Origin: a virus
Length of the DNA stretch: 64,000 nt
Strand: one strand, 5' to 3'
Virus record (IMG/VR): IMGVR_UViG_3300033145_000767
Location: 26,470-90,469 of that record
Of this stretch, positions 26,677 through 36,357 are shown piece after piece. Numbering within the stretch: the first letter of the stretch is position 1; each line of letters starts with the position of its first letter. Made by a program: the position numbers and the translations under genes. The notes below the pieces were generated by a model. The model was not told where the DNA came from and ran no database searches. It saw only the letters and a list, made by a program, of their open reading frames with translations.

Positions 26677-27567
26677 ATGAAAGTACTTATTTTCTCAGAC
26701 CTTCACATAGATAAAAATAGTAGAGAGGAATGCAGGAGTATCCTTGCTGAAATACTAAAAATTGCAGGGAAACATAATGTAGATGCCCTATGGAACTTAG
26801 GGGATACCTTTAATATGTATAGCCCAGCATCGGAATGCTTAGATATGTATGCATTATTTGTTTTCTCATGGGGAAAAGACATACTAAATGTAGTAGCTTC
26901 CTCACATGAAAGTACTGAATTAGGTAAGAGTGTTCTAAATCATTTTGAAATACTGTCAAAAGACTACTATATTAAACACCATGAGACAGAGTTATATGGT
27001 TATCTATTAGGTCATTATATGTTAAATGAAAGTTCATGTGGTTATAAGGTAAAGAGAAGTGTTAAGGAACTAAAAAAGTACAAAAGAGTATTCTTAGGGC
27101 ATCAGCATACTTCTCAAGAGATGGGAAATGCTATTCACATTGGTAGTTGTAGATATGTAAGCTTTTCAGAATACCTAGATACTAAAAGAGTTTTAATACT
27201 AGATTTAGAAACAGATATACTAGAAGAAATTATTTTAGAGTCCCCTATACCTATGTCTGTAGTTGGGTGTGATAAAGATAGTATAAATAAACTTTGGTGT
27301 GAATTGAAGATTTTAAACCCAAGGAACAAGGTAAAGGTAATATTTAACGACTTAGAAAGCTACAAAAATAGTATAAACTCTATGTCAGGGTGGTCAAACA
27401 AATTTGTAGAATTTAAAATAGAATTGAATTTTCAAATTAAAGGCACAGAAATTAAAGAAAATAATGATGATAGTTTTAGTAATGATTTTATAAAATGGCT
27501 AGATGATAATAACATTGACAAGGAGATTAAAGAGGTATTAAAGAAAGAAGTTGAAAATGTCAGATAA
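26677..27567 (+). CDS. SbcD/Mre11-like nuclease subunit
   Basis: FSDLH, LGD, SSHE, GHQH, HIGS; near the SbcC-like gene. Confidence 0.85.
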   Translation: MKVLIFSDLHIDKNSREECRSILAEILKIAGKHNVDALWNLGDTFNMYSPASECLDMYALFVFSWGKDILNVVASSHESTELGKSVLNHFEILSKDYYIKHHETELYGYLLGHYMLNESSCGYKVKRSVKELKKYKRVFLGHQHTSQEMGNAIHIGSCRYVSFSEYLDTKRVLILDLETDILEEIILESPIPMSVVGCDKDSINKLWCELKILNPRNKVKVIFNDLESYKNSINSMSGWSNKFVEFKIELNFQIKGTEIKENNDDSFSNDFIKWLDDNNIDKEIKEVLKKEVENVR

Positions 27568-27763
27568 AATTGTTAGGTGTTCAAACTGTAGAGAGGAAAT
27601 ATATGAATATATAAATCCCTATAAAAATGATGCGTGCGTATCCTCAGATTTTATGGGCATTAATGGTAATAGAAACCCTATAGAAGGGGAAGAAACTTCT
27701 TGCCCTAGGTGTAACTATAACATCTTTAACGATTTAGCAAAAATAGCAGGGGTGAATAGATGA
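27551..27763 (+). CDS. Small Zn-ribbon protein
   Basis: CSNC...CPRC. Confidence 0.55.
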   Translation: MKMSDKIVRCSNCREEIYEYINPYKNDACVSSDFMGINGNRNPIEGEETSCPRCNYNIFNDLAKIAGVNR

Positions 27764-29202
27764 GAGTAAAAAGATTATACCTTAATAATTTTAAACTATT
27801 TATAGAAGAAAATATAGAGCCTAAAGGTCTTAATATTTTTATAGGGGATAATAGGGATAATGAAAGTTCTAACGCTTCTGGTAAGTCTACACTAGCTTTA
27901 GAGGCTTTAATGTTCGTATTATATGGGTATACTACTGCTAAATTAGCAGATACTATTTCTAAAGGTAAAAATATGGCATCTGTAGAAGTTTTACTAGAGT
28001 TAAAAGGTATTGAGTATAAGATTAGTAGAGAAATACCAAGTAAGCTCTATATGGAAGTTAATGGCGAGGAAAAGCAATTTGCTACAGCTACTATAGCCCA
28101 AAAATATATTAACGCCATCTTTGGGGATGTTGACTTCTTTAAAAAGTTTAGAACTCTTGATATGCAAAGCGGTATAAACCTATTAGACTTAGGTAATACT
28201 TCTTTAAAGAATTTACTTATGCAATTTATACAAGATTACTTTACCAAGATAAGAAAATCTTTACAAGAGAAGAAACAAAACATGGCTAGATTTCACATCA
28301 AGCATAGAATATTCACACATTTTTATTCTGAGAAAAGAATAGCAGTACTTGACAAACAAATTACTAGGCTTAAGGGTGAATTTGGTTCTACTAAGGGAGA
28401 CCCTAATACACAAGCTAGAGAGATATATAGTGAGTTATGTGGAAGTAATACTGCAATTATTAATATAGCACAACATCTTGAAGAGATTAGTAGAAATAAC
28501 TGCCCTACATGCAATAGGAAACTTCCTAAAGAGATAAATAAGAAACTAGTAGATGAACTTAATGAAGAGTTAGATATAGCTACAGATAGGAGCCAAGAAC
28601 TTACAGAACAGTTAGGTAAAACTAATAAAGATATAGGAAATTATAACAAAAGGTTAGAAGAAGTACATAATGATTTAAACCATGTTCGTGAGTTAAAGCA
28701 AAAAATAGAGCATATGAAAATATTAAAAGACTATAAATATACTGATAGGGATGTATCAATCTATACTAGTTCCCTGAGGGTACTTGATAATTTCTCTGCT
28801 CTTTATATAGAAAATTGGTTAGCAAGTTTGAGTGTTATAATCAACGCATTGTTAAAAGAAATAAATATAAGTATCAAATTTGATGCTACCAAAGAATTTA
28901 TGACAATACAAGATGGTACAGAAACAATGAAGTATGACCAGCTTAGCACAGGTCAAAAAAGATTTCTTAACATAATATTTAAGTTATCAATATTAATGCA
29001 TAAAAATTTAGAAGGTATTATAGTAATAGATGAGGGAATAGATGCCTTAGATATTACTAATCTTAAAAGATTAATTAGAGTATTTGAATCTTTACCTTTT
29101 CAAGTATTTTTAATATCTCAACACTCTGACATAAAGAGTTTGAAAGATGTTAAATGTTTTAATATACTTAGGCAAAACAACAAGGCTAAGGTGGTTGCAT
29201 GA
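27760..29202 (+). CDS. SbcC/Rad50-like ABC ATPase
   Basis: NASGKST, Zn hook CPTC, LSTGQ, VIDEG. Confidence 0.9.
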   Translation: MRVKRLYLNNFKLFIEENIEPKGLNIFIGDNRDNESSNASGKSTLALEALMFVLYGYTTAKLADTISKGKNMASVEVLLELKGIEYKISREIPSKLYMEVNGEEKQFATATIAQKYINAIFGDVDFFKKFRTLDMQSGINLLDLGNTSLKNLLMQFIQDYFTKIRKSLQEKKQNMARFHIKHRIFTHFYSEKRIAVLDKQITRLKGEFGSTKGDPNTQAREIYSELCGSNTAIINIAQHLEEISRNNCPTCNRKLPKEINKKLVDELNEELDIATDRSQELTEQLGKTNKDIGNYNKRLEEVHNDLNHVRELKQKIEHMKILKDYKYTDRDVSIYTSSLRVLDNFSALYIENWLASLSVIINALLKEINISIKFDATKEFMTIQDGTETMKYDQLSTGQKRFLNIIFKLSILMHKNLEGIIVIDEGIDALDITNLKRLIRVFESLPFQVFLISQHSDIKSLKDVKCFNILRQNNKAKVVA

Positions 29203-29642
29203 GTGCGAAAGGTATAAGATTCTATAAAAGAAACCCTTGGTTAAGGCACTATTATAATGCTAAAACTAGATGCGAAAATATTAAATATAAAAATTATAAA
29301 AACTATGGAGGTAGAGGAATAAAGTTTTTATTAACCAAAGAAGAAATAAAGACTATATGGTTTAGGGATAAAGCATGGTTATTAAATAAACCAAGTATAG
29401 ATAGGGTAAACAATGATGAAGATTATACTTATGGTAATTGTAGGTTTATAGAGATAGAAGAAAACAGAATTAAAGATAGTATAAAGGGTGTAAATCAATA
29501 TAATTTAGAGGGTGTTTTTATCTGTAATTGGAAAAGTGCCAGACAGATAGAAAGAATATTAGGTATACCTAATAGTAATATTTCTAGTGTATGTAAGGGA
29601 AAAAGAATATCAGCACATGGGTATACTTGGAGGTTTATATAA
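29199..29642 (+). CDS. HNH-like endonuclease with NUMOD1-like domain; copy 5 of 5
   Basis: NPW...AKTRC...YGGRGI...SIDRVNNDEDY...NCRF; VNQYNLEG. Confidence 0.8.
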   Translation: MSAKGIRFYKRNPWLRHYYNAKTRCENIKYKNYKNYGGRGIKFLLTKEEIKTIWFRDKAWLLNKPSIDRVNNDEDYTYGNCRFIEIEENRIKDSIKGVNQYNLEGVFICNWKSARQIERILGIPNSNISSVCKGKRISAHGYTWRFI

Positions 29643-30157
29643 TGAGAAAAGAACCTAAATGGAAATATTTTGTAAGAATGGCTCACTTCTTAATGGGTAG
29701 GTTTGGTTTTGATAAGCCCTTAGTTGTGGTACGAGATAATAGAATTGATTGTCCCTGCTGTGTAGATGATTGGAATGACGCAGAAAAGATTAAAATTCAA
29801 TACCACTCAAGAAGACTTGGGCGGGTTCCTTACTGTTATGTACTTAGTTTCTTACTACACGAAATAGGTCATTTAGTTAATGAAATGCCTTATGCTACAG
29901 ATATGGAAGTAATTGAAAGCGAAAGGGAAGCAGAACGATTCTCTAATGAAACCATTAAAGAAGAGTACCCTGAAGTATACAAACAAATGATAAAGGAGAT
30001 GAGAAAAAGAAAAAGCTTAGTAAAAATATTTAGAGAAAAAACCTGTAGAAACCCATACTATTGGGCATACAAAGAATTAAAAGAGTATAAAATAACTACA
30101 TCAAAGGAGGATAAGAAATGGTTAAGAAAAAAAGAGAGCCAATTAAAATCCCTGTAG
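29642..30157 (+). CDS. HExxH Zn metallopeptidase-like protein (ImmA/IrrE-like)
   Basis: LLHEIGH...EREAERF; start moved to ATG 29642. Confidence 0.65.
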   Translation: MRKEPKWKYFVRMAHFLMGRFGFDKPLVVVRDNRIDCPCCVDDWNDAEKIKIQYHSRRLGRVPYCYVLSFLLHEIGHLVNEMPYATDMEVIESEREAERFSNETIKEEYPEVYKQMIKEMRKRKSLVKIFREKTCRNPYYWAYKELKEYKITTSKEDKKWLRKKESQLKSL

Positions 30158-30753
30158 AAGTTAGAAAAGCAAAAGAAAAAGAAGTAAATCACATCACTTT
30201 AGATTATGGGGATAAGGTATATTCAGCTATACTAAATAAGTATAGACGCGTATTTATGTATGGTAATATATCTACTACCTCAGCAGAAGAGCTTAACAAA
30301 AAATTAATTGCTATGTCTATTGATAGCCCTGAAAAACCTATTACCATAGAAATAAATAGTGGAGGTGGAAGTTGTATAGCAGGTCTTTCTATAATAGACA
30401 CAATTGAAAGTCTATCTTGCCCTGTGTACACAATAATAACAGGTGTTTCAGCCTCTATGGCAACATTTATTAGCATAGCGGGGGATAGAAGGTTCATCAC
30501 AAAAAATGCTTATTGGATGGCACACCCTATCAGCTTAATGAAAGCAGATTATATTGGGTTTTTAAAAGATAGTATGCCTTGGTTGAAGGGGCTAGAAAAA
30601 AGATGCTTATCCATGTATTTAAAGAAAACTAATCTACCTAAAGAAACCATTGAAAAATGCAAGCGTGGGGAAGTGTGGTTAAATGCAAAGCAATGCATTA
30701 AGTATAATGTAGCAGATGAAATTCTTAAAAAACAAGTAATAGTAAGGAGATAA
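30118..30753 (+). CDS. clpP: ClpP-like protease
   Basis: INSGGG, ASMA (Ser), WMAHP (His), WLNA...VADEI. Confidence 0.9.
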   Translation: MVKKKREPIKIPVEVRKAKEKEVNHITLDYGDKVYSAILNKYRRVFMYGNISTTSAEELNKKLIAMSIDSPEKPITIEINSGGGSCIAGLSIIDTIESLSCPVYTIITGVSASMATFISIAGDRRFITKNAYWMAHPISLMKADYIGFLKDSMPWLKGLEKRCLSMYLKKTNLPKETIEKCKRGEVWLNAKQCIKYNVADEILKKQVIVRR

Positions 30754-30755
30754 TA

Positions 30756-31448
30756 ATGCGGACAGCCCTCATAACAGGAAGTTCTAAAGGAATAGGTTAC
30801 CAAATAGCTAAAGATTTTTTAGCTAAAGGTTACTATGTTATTACGAACTCAAGAAAAATGCAGTATGATTTACCTGAAAATCAGCTACATTTATGTGGGG
30901 ATTTATCTAGCCATAAAGGATGTATGTCTTTATGTTCTAAAGTTAAAGACTTAGATACTAAGTTAGATAGCATTGTTCTAAGTGTAGGTGTAACAGATAG
31001 AACCCCTTTTGGGAATATTAAATACTCTAACTGGGGTAAAGTTATAGATACAAATTTAAACCTACCTTTTTTCCTAGTTCAGCAGTTGAAAGAATGTATC
31101 AAACGCAATGGTAGTATAATTTTTATTTCATCTGTTCTAGGTAGTCTCCCTAGGTCAAGAAGTATATCCTATGGGGTTTCAAAAGGGGCATTAGAACCTT
31201 TAATTAAATACCTAGCTGTAGAGTTTACATATAATAATATTACTGTCAATGGTGTAGCTCCAGGGTTTATTAACACAGATTGGCATAAAGGTAAAACAAA
31301 AAAAATACTTAATAGTATTAAGTATTCTATACCTATGGGTAGATTTGGTAGCACTAAAGAGATTAGCAGTACTGTAATGTTCTTAGCTAATAATAGGTAT
31401 ATTACAGGGCAGATGATTACTGTAGATGGGGGGTATAGCTTAGCATGA
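30756..31448 (+). CDS. Short-chain dehydrogenase/reductase
   Basis: TGSSKGIG, YGVSK, VAPGFINT, ITVDGG. Confidence 0.9.
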   Translation: MRTALITGSSKGIGYQIAKDFLAKGYYVITNSRKMQYDLPENQLHLCGDLSSHKGCMSLCSKVKDLDTKLDSIVLSVGVTDRTPFGNIKYSNWGKVIDTNLNLPFFLVQQLKECIKRNGSIIFISSVLGSLPRSRSISYGVSKGALEPLIKYLAVEFTYNNITVNGVAPGFINTDWHKGKTKKILNSIKYSIPMGRFGSTKEISSTVMFLANNRYITGQMITVDGGYSLA

Positions 31449-31933
31449 TTACCACTAAGGTAATAGAGCCTAAAGTATTAGTTAAGTACCTAAGTAATAA
31501 AGTTAGAGATTGGTGTAAAGGGTGTAAAAGGTATGCACAAAATTTGCCTTGTTGCCCGCCAAGCTTAATGCCTATAAAAAGGTATAAGCGTTTGATTCTA
31601 TCTTATAAAAACGCAATGCTAATAGCTGTTAAATTCGATATTGATAGTGAAATACATTGGAAAGTACAGGGCAGAGAATCAAGCAAACTATTAGTATCTA
31701 TACTAAAGTCTTATGCGAAAGAATTTAAAAACCATATAATCTTTGGGGCAGGGTCTTGCAAAAGCTGTGATATTTGTAGTAACCCCTGTAAAAACCTTAA
31801 AGGTAAAGTAATAGCAGTAGAAGCTATTGGTATCAATGTGGTTAAGTTAATGGCAGAGCAAACAGATATTAAACTATTTTTCCCTGTAGAAAAGAAGGGC
31901 TACTTTTATAGAATAGGGTTATTATTATGGTAA
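31445..31933 (+). CDS. DUF2284-like metal-binding protein (copy 2)
   Basis: VRDWCKGCKRY...CCPP, GAGSCKSCDIC...PC, EAIGINV. Confidence 0.8.
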   Translation: MITTKVIEPKVLVKYLSNKVRDWCKGCKRYAQNLPCCPPSLMPIKRYKRLILSYKNAMLIAVKFDIDSEIHWKVQGRESSKLLVSILKSYAKEFKNHIIFGAGSCKSCDICSNPCKNLKGKVIAVEAIGINVVKLMAEQTDIKLFFPVEKKGYFYRIGLLLW

Positions 31934-32379
31934 ATGTAACCAATTTATATGTTCCAGGCACTTTTGACCTATTCCATGTAGGGCATATTAGAATGTTTAA
32001 GTATGCATCTAAGTTTGGGAATGTAATTGCAGGGGTCAGTACTGATGAACTAGTACTCTCATATAAGAATTTAGCTCCTATATACCCATTTAAGGAGAGA
32101 TGGGAGACGGTTGATGCATGTAGATATGTTAATAGGGTAATTCCTCAGAGAAAATTTTTTAGTATTCCACAACTAAAGAAATTAAATATATGCTATGTTA
32201 TACTTGGTAGCGATTGGGAAGGTAAAGACTTCCCTGAATTAGACCAAGCCCAAAAAGCTTTAGGTTTTGAGATAATATATAAACCTTATACAGAAGAAAC
32301 AAGTTCATCAAAAATAAAAGAGAGAATTATTCGTAATAGCTTTGATATTATTAAAGCTCAACTAGAAAGAGACCTATAA
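31927..32379 (+). CDS. Cytidylyltransferase (TagD-like, HxGH)
   Basis: GTFDLFHVGH, GVSTDE, GSDW, YTEETSSS. Confidence 0.9.
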   Translation: MVNVTNLYVPGTFDLFHVGHIRMFKYASKFGNVIAGVSTDELVLSYKNLAPIYPFKERWETVDACRYVNRVIPQRKFFSIPQLKKLNICYVILGSDWEGKDFPELDQAQKALGFEIIYKPYTEETSSSKIKERIIRNSFDIIKAQLERDL

Positions 32380-34298
32380 TGAGCCACGAAAACTTTAGCT
32401 ACGATAACTATACACCATACTTAAGAGCTTTAACCAAAATAATGGCTACCTTTAAAGCTATTAATATTCCTCTTTGTTTGCATGGAGGAACTTTATTGGG
32501 TAGTGTAAGAGAAGGCGATTTCATCCAAGATGATGATGATATAGATATTTTCTATATTAGTAGAGGGAAAAACAAGTATCAGGTTAAAAAAGAGTTTGAA
32601 GAACTAATATTACCTGCTCTAAAGAAAGCAAGATATGATGTCAAACCAATTTCTTGGACTTTTCATAATGGTAAGAAAGAGATTTTTGGTCAGTACCATG
32701 TAACTAAAAATGGCATAACTTTAGATGTATGGATGGCATGGACTGATGAAAATGATAAATTCTTTTTATCCCCCTATATATCTGGTCAACTAGATAAGAA
32801 AGACATTTACCCTCTTAAAAAAGGTAAGATAAAAAATAACAAGTTTTTAATACCTAATAAGGCAGAAAAGCTTATAGAATTAATATATGGCAGTGAGTGG
32901 AAAATACCTAGTAAGTTTAGGGCAAGTTTAAATCGTTACTTTGTTAAGAAGAATATGCTAAAAATAATTGATGAATTTGGTTGGGCTTATTACTTTATAG
33001 CTAAAGAGCAACAAGTGTATACAGTACACAACATATCTTATATTAGGCTAAAAGATTATACTGATAGTATACTAAAAGATATTGACATAGTATACTTTCC
33101 ATCCCCAGGAATCCAAGCACCAATAGTTACCAAAGTATGCAAGGGTATAAGAGCTAAGTACCCTAAAATAAAAATAATAGGAGCGTATGCAGGGGAAAAT
33201 AGATTCATTTATACTGATGTTGACATAATAGTATCTATATCAGCTAAGTTTGTTCCCGTACTAAGGGATAGATACCCAAATAAGGAAGTTATCTTCTTAC
33301 CTGAATCAATTGACACAAACTACTTTAAACCTAATACTAAAAAGGCTAAGGAGTTTACTGTTGGTTACGCAGGAAGAAAAAACCCTTATATAAAGAGAAC
33401 GCCTTTACTTGAAAAATTAGATTACCCTGTTGTAAAAAAGATGAATCATGGTAAAGATTTCTTTGTAGAAGGCAGCGACCGTACAGAAATGATAAACTTC
33501 TATAATAGTGTCTCATGCTTGGTATTAGTTAGTAGAACTGAATGTATGCCAAGGGTTATACTAGAGGCTATGGCTTGTGGTAAAGCAGTTGTGTGTACTG
33601 ATGTAGGTAGTATTAGAATGTTATTAGACCTTGAATGGGTTGTACCTGTAAACCCAGATGAAGTTGTTATCTCAGAGGTAAATGCTAGATTAAATATATT
33701 AAACAAATACCCTAGTGTATTAAAAGCAGTAGGTAAACGAAATAGAGAATATATACACAAATACTTCTCATGGGAAAAGAATCAACACTTATGGGATTCA
33801 GTAGTAGATTATTTATACCTAGAGGACTATAAAACTATACTAGAGATTGACGACCAGTATTGTGAGTTGTTTAAAGATATTGAACCAGCATTGGTTGAGA
33901 AAGATGTTGTATCTGCTTTAACTATAGAAGTAACTACTAAAGTTATTGAGCCTCCTAAGGTTACTTACCTAGCAGACCCTATAACTTTTAATTCTAAAGG
34001 TATTAAAGACCCAATAGCTCTATCTATGGAATTAAACTATAGAGGAATAGATTTCTGGTTATTGTCAGATTCATGCCTATCTTTAGTTAATCATAAAGAG
34101 TTGAGGGGTAACAAGTTACATATAGGGGTTAGTAGTAAGGCATTAAAAGACAAGATAAAAGAACTCTATGCACATAAAAATTTATTTATTAAAGTAGAAC
34201 CTAAACGAAAAGTAAAATCATATGGGGCCTACAAAGTTCCTGTGCCAGTAGTTTCTTACCTACATGAGCTTTTTGGTAGCGAATGGGACTCTTTCTAA
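32379..34298 (+). CDS. Fusion: LicD/fukutin-type phosphotransferase, GT-B (GT4-like) glycosyltransferase and degenerate LicD-like domain
   Basis: GGTLLGSVREGDFIQDDDDIDI...YGSEW; SRTECMPRVILEAMACG...TDVG; C-terminal FWLLSDSCL...YLHELFGSEW. Confidence 0.85.
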   Translation: MSHENFSYDNYTPYLRALTKIMATFKAINIPLCLHGGTLLGSVREGDFIQDDDDIDIFYISRGKNKYQVKKEFEELILPALKKARYDVKPISWTFHNGKKEIFGQYHVTKNGITLDVWMAWTDENDKFFLSPYISGQLDKKDIYPLKKGKIKNNKFLIPNKAEKLIELIYGSEWKIPSKFRASLNRYFVKKNMLKIIDEFGWAYYFIAKEQQVYTVHNISYIRLKDYTDSILKDIDIVYFPSPGIQAPIVTKVCKGIRAKYPKIKIIGAYAGENRFIYTDVDIIVSISAKFVPVLRDRYPNKEVIFLPESIDTNYFKPNTKKAKEFTVGYAGRKNPYIKRTPLLEKLDYPVVKKMNHGKDFFVEGSDRTEMINFYNSVSCLVLVSRTECMPRVILEAMACGKAVVCTDVGSIRMLLDLEWVVPVNPDEVVISEVNARLNILNKYPSVLKAVGKRNREYIHKYFSWEKNQHLWDSVVDYLYLEDYKTILEIDDQYCELFKDIEPALVEKDVVSALTIEVTTKVIEPPKVTYLADPITFNSKGIKDPIALSMELNYRGIDFWLLSDSCLSLVNHKELRGNKLHIGVSSKALKDKIKELYAHKNLFIKVEPKRKVKSYGAYKVPVPVVSYLHELFGSEWDSF

Positions 34299-34472
34299 CA
34301 ATCTATGGAGGAATACAATGAGTAGTAAAATTAAGAGACAGTTTGCATTGATTAAAGAATATCAGCGTAAAGTAGACTTAGCTAGAAACGCATATGATAC
34401 AGAAGTTGATTATTTAGAAGACCATATTGCCAAATTGTTAAAAATGGTTAAAAAAGAATTGAGGTAAATCAA

Positions 34473-34673
34473 ATGACAGTTCGTAAACTAAGTTGTGGGT
34501 GTGAAGTTTGGAATAGCTACACAAAGAAAGAGTGTAAAAAGCATAAAGAGATGTGCCATTGGGGTAGTTGTACTAAAGTAGCTATAAAGGATAAGTTCTA
34601 TTGTGAAGTACACAAAAAGCTACTGGCTGACTTCAACTACGAAGGTGAAGGGCATTATAAGGGGGGTGTTTAA
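34473..34673 (+). CDS. Small Cys/His-rich protein
   Basis: CGC, CKKH, CxxxxC, CEVH. Confidence 0.5.
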   Translation: MTVRKLSCGCEVWNSYTKKECKKHKEMCHWGSCTKVAIKDKFYCEVHKKLLADFNYEGEGHYKGGV

Positions 34674-34681
34674 ACCCCTTT
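34660..34681 (+). terminator. Weak hairpin at the end of the operon
   Basis: GGGGT-GTTTAA-ACCCC followed by TTT, before a non-coding gap. Confidence 0.3.
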
Positions 34682-34756
34682 ACAAGCAGTTTAAGGCATA
34701 AATATGCTATATGTAGGGTAACCTATGGGTTAGTATATAAAAAGACCTTATACATA

Positions 34757-34793
34757 ATAGTTGGTGAGTTATAACAAATATGGTATACTTATA
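34757..34793 (+). promoter_or_regulatory. Extended -10 promoter
   Basis: TGGTATACT; upstream similarity to 10189-10223. Confidence 0.55.
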
Positions 34794-35592
34794 ATAGAGA
34801 GGATATAATATGCAAATAGTATCAATTAATACATTAGTTAAAAAGTATAGGTTTAAAATATGTAAATCTATAATGAGAAGTAAGAAAAGAGATGGGGGAG
34901 ATGTAGGGGCTATAAAGATAATAATACAAGTACCTTATAGAATATACAACATTTTTATAGGGGAATTTAACTTATCTAAAACATTTAAAATATAGAAAGG
35001 CTACCTATGAGTAAATTAATAGATAAAGCATGTGCAGTTACCCTTATAGTATTAATATCACTTGCTTTCTGGTGTGTAGCTATAAAAATAATAATGGAGA
35101 TTTTCTAATGAGTACATTAAAAGAGTGGGTAGTTATAATTTTAATAGTGGGGGGTTTAATAGCTTTAGTGTTTGGTCTTGGTGGACATGCTAAAGAATGT
35201 GGAATTGATATAATTAAAATACTTATAGATTCACCTTTAAGTCTTAAAGTAGCATCTGCTGGTCTTTTTTCTTTTGCAATCGGGATGAGTATATTAGATA
35301 TATAGAGGGAGTAAATATGAACATACTAAAAGAGTGGTTGATTAGAGTGGCAACTATTGTAGGCATAGTAATGTTTATTCATGTTATGTTCTACTTAGGT
35401 GAAATGGCTTATGTAGCAGGGGGGTTATTCGCACTATGAAAACATTGCATGAATGTGTAAGTAGCTGGTATTGTACTAATTATGTAATTTGCCCTATATG
35501 CAAATGTAGAGCAGGGTATGATGTGATGTATGATAGTGAAACAAAGAAGGTATTTAAGTGCAAATGTAATAAAGGGTTAAAACAAATAAAGG

Positions 35593-36357
35593 ATGAAAAT
35601 GCATAAAATAGCTATATGCTTAACTACTTTTATGAGAAATGAATTATTAATTGATACTGTAGATAGTATCATTAAGTACTTCCCAGAAAATAGTGTACTA
35701 TACATAGCAGACCAAGGGAATAAATCACAAGTTAAAGATAGATACTTTTCTTACCTTACCAGTAAAACTGGTAGGGTTTTTTACTTTAACCTTCCTTATG
35801 ACTGTGGTTTAAGCTATGCTAGAAATTACCTTGTTGATGTGGCTAAGCACGCTGGTATAGATTATTGCCTTATTACAGCAGATAGTTTAAGATTTATAAA
35901 TAAACTTAATCTTGAACCAATAGTAAATGGCATGGAAAAGAATGTAGATGCTCTTGTAGGTTTTGAGATAAAAGATAGAATACCTTGGGAGTGGAATATA
36001 GAACTAGTCCCTGAAAAACATTTCTGGTTATCTAAAATTAGCCCTGATGCTATTATACAGCATGAGGGTTTTATTATTAAGCGAGTAGAGCTATGTAGAA
36101 ACTTCTTCTTAGCTAAGACAGAGGCTTTACTAGATGTTAAATGGGACAATGATTTAAAGCTTGCAGAACATGAAGACTTCTTTTATAGGCTTAAGCTGAA
36201 GGGGTATAAGTGTATATGGACTAATATAGTGTCAGCAGAGTATATAGAAGATAAGCCAGAAGAATATAGAAAGATGCGAGATAGAATGTATAACCACTTT
36301 CAATACATAATGTTAAAGAAATATAATATTAAACAATGGATGAAATATGAGATATAG
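35593..36357 (+). CDS. GT2-family glycosyltransferase
   Basis: ICLTTFMR, YIADQG, GLSYARN, ITADS, EHEDFF. Confidence 0.8.
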   Translation: MKMHKIAICLTTFMRNELLIDTVDSIIKYFPENSVLYIADQGNKSQVKDRYFSYLTSKTGRVFYFNLPYDCGLSYARNYLVDVAKHAGIDYCLITADSLRFINKLNLEPIVNGMEKNVDALVGFEIKDRIPWEWNIELVPEKHFWLSKISPDAIIQHEGFIIKRVELCRNFFLAKTEALLDVKWDNDLKLAEHEDFFYRLKLKGYKCIWTNIVSAEYIEDKPEEYRKMRDRMYNHFQYIMLKKYNIKQWMKYEI

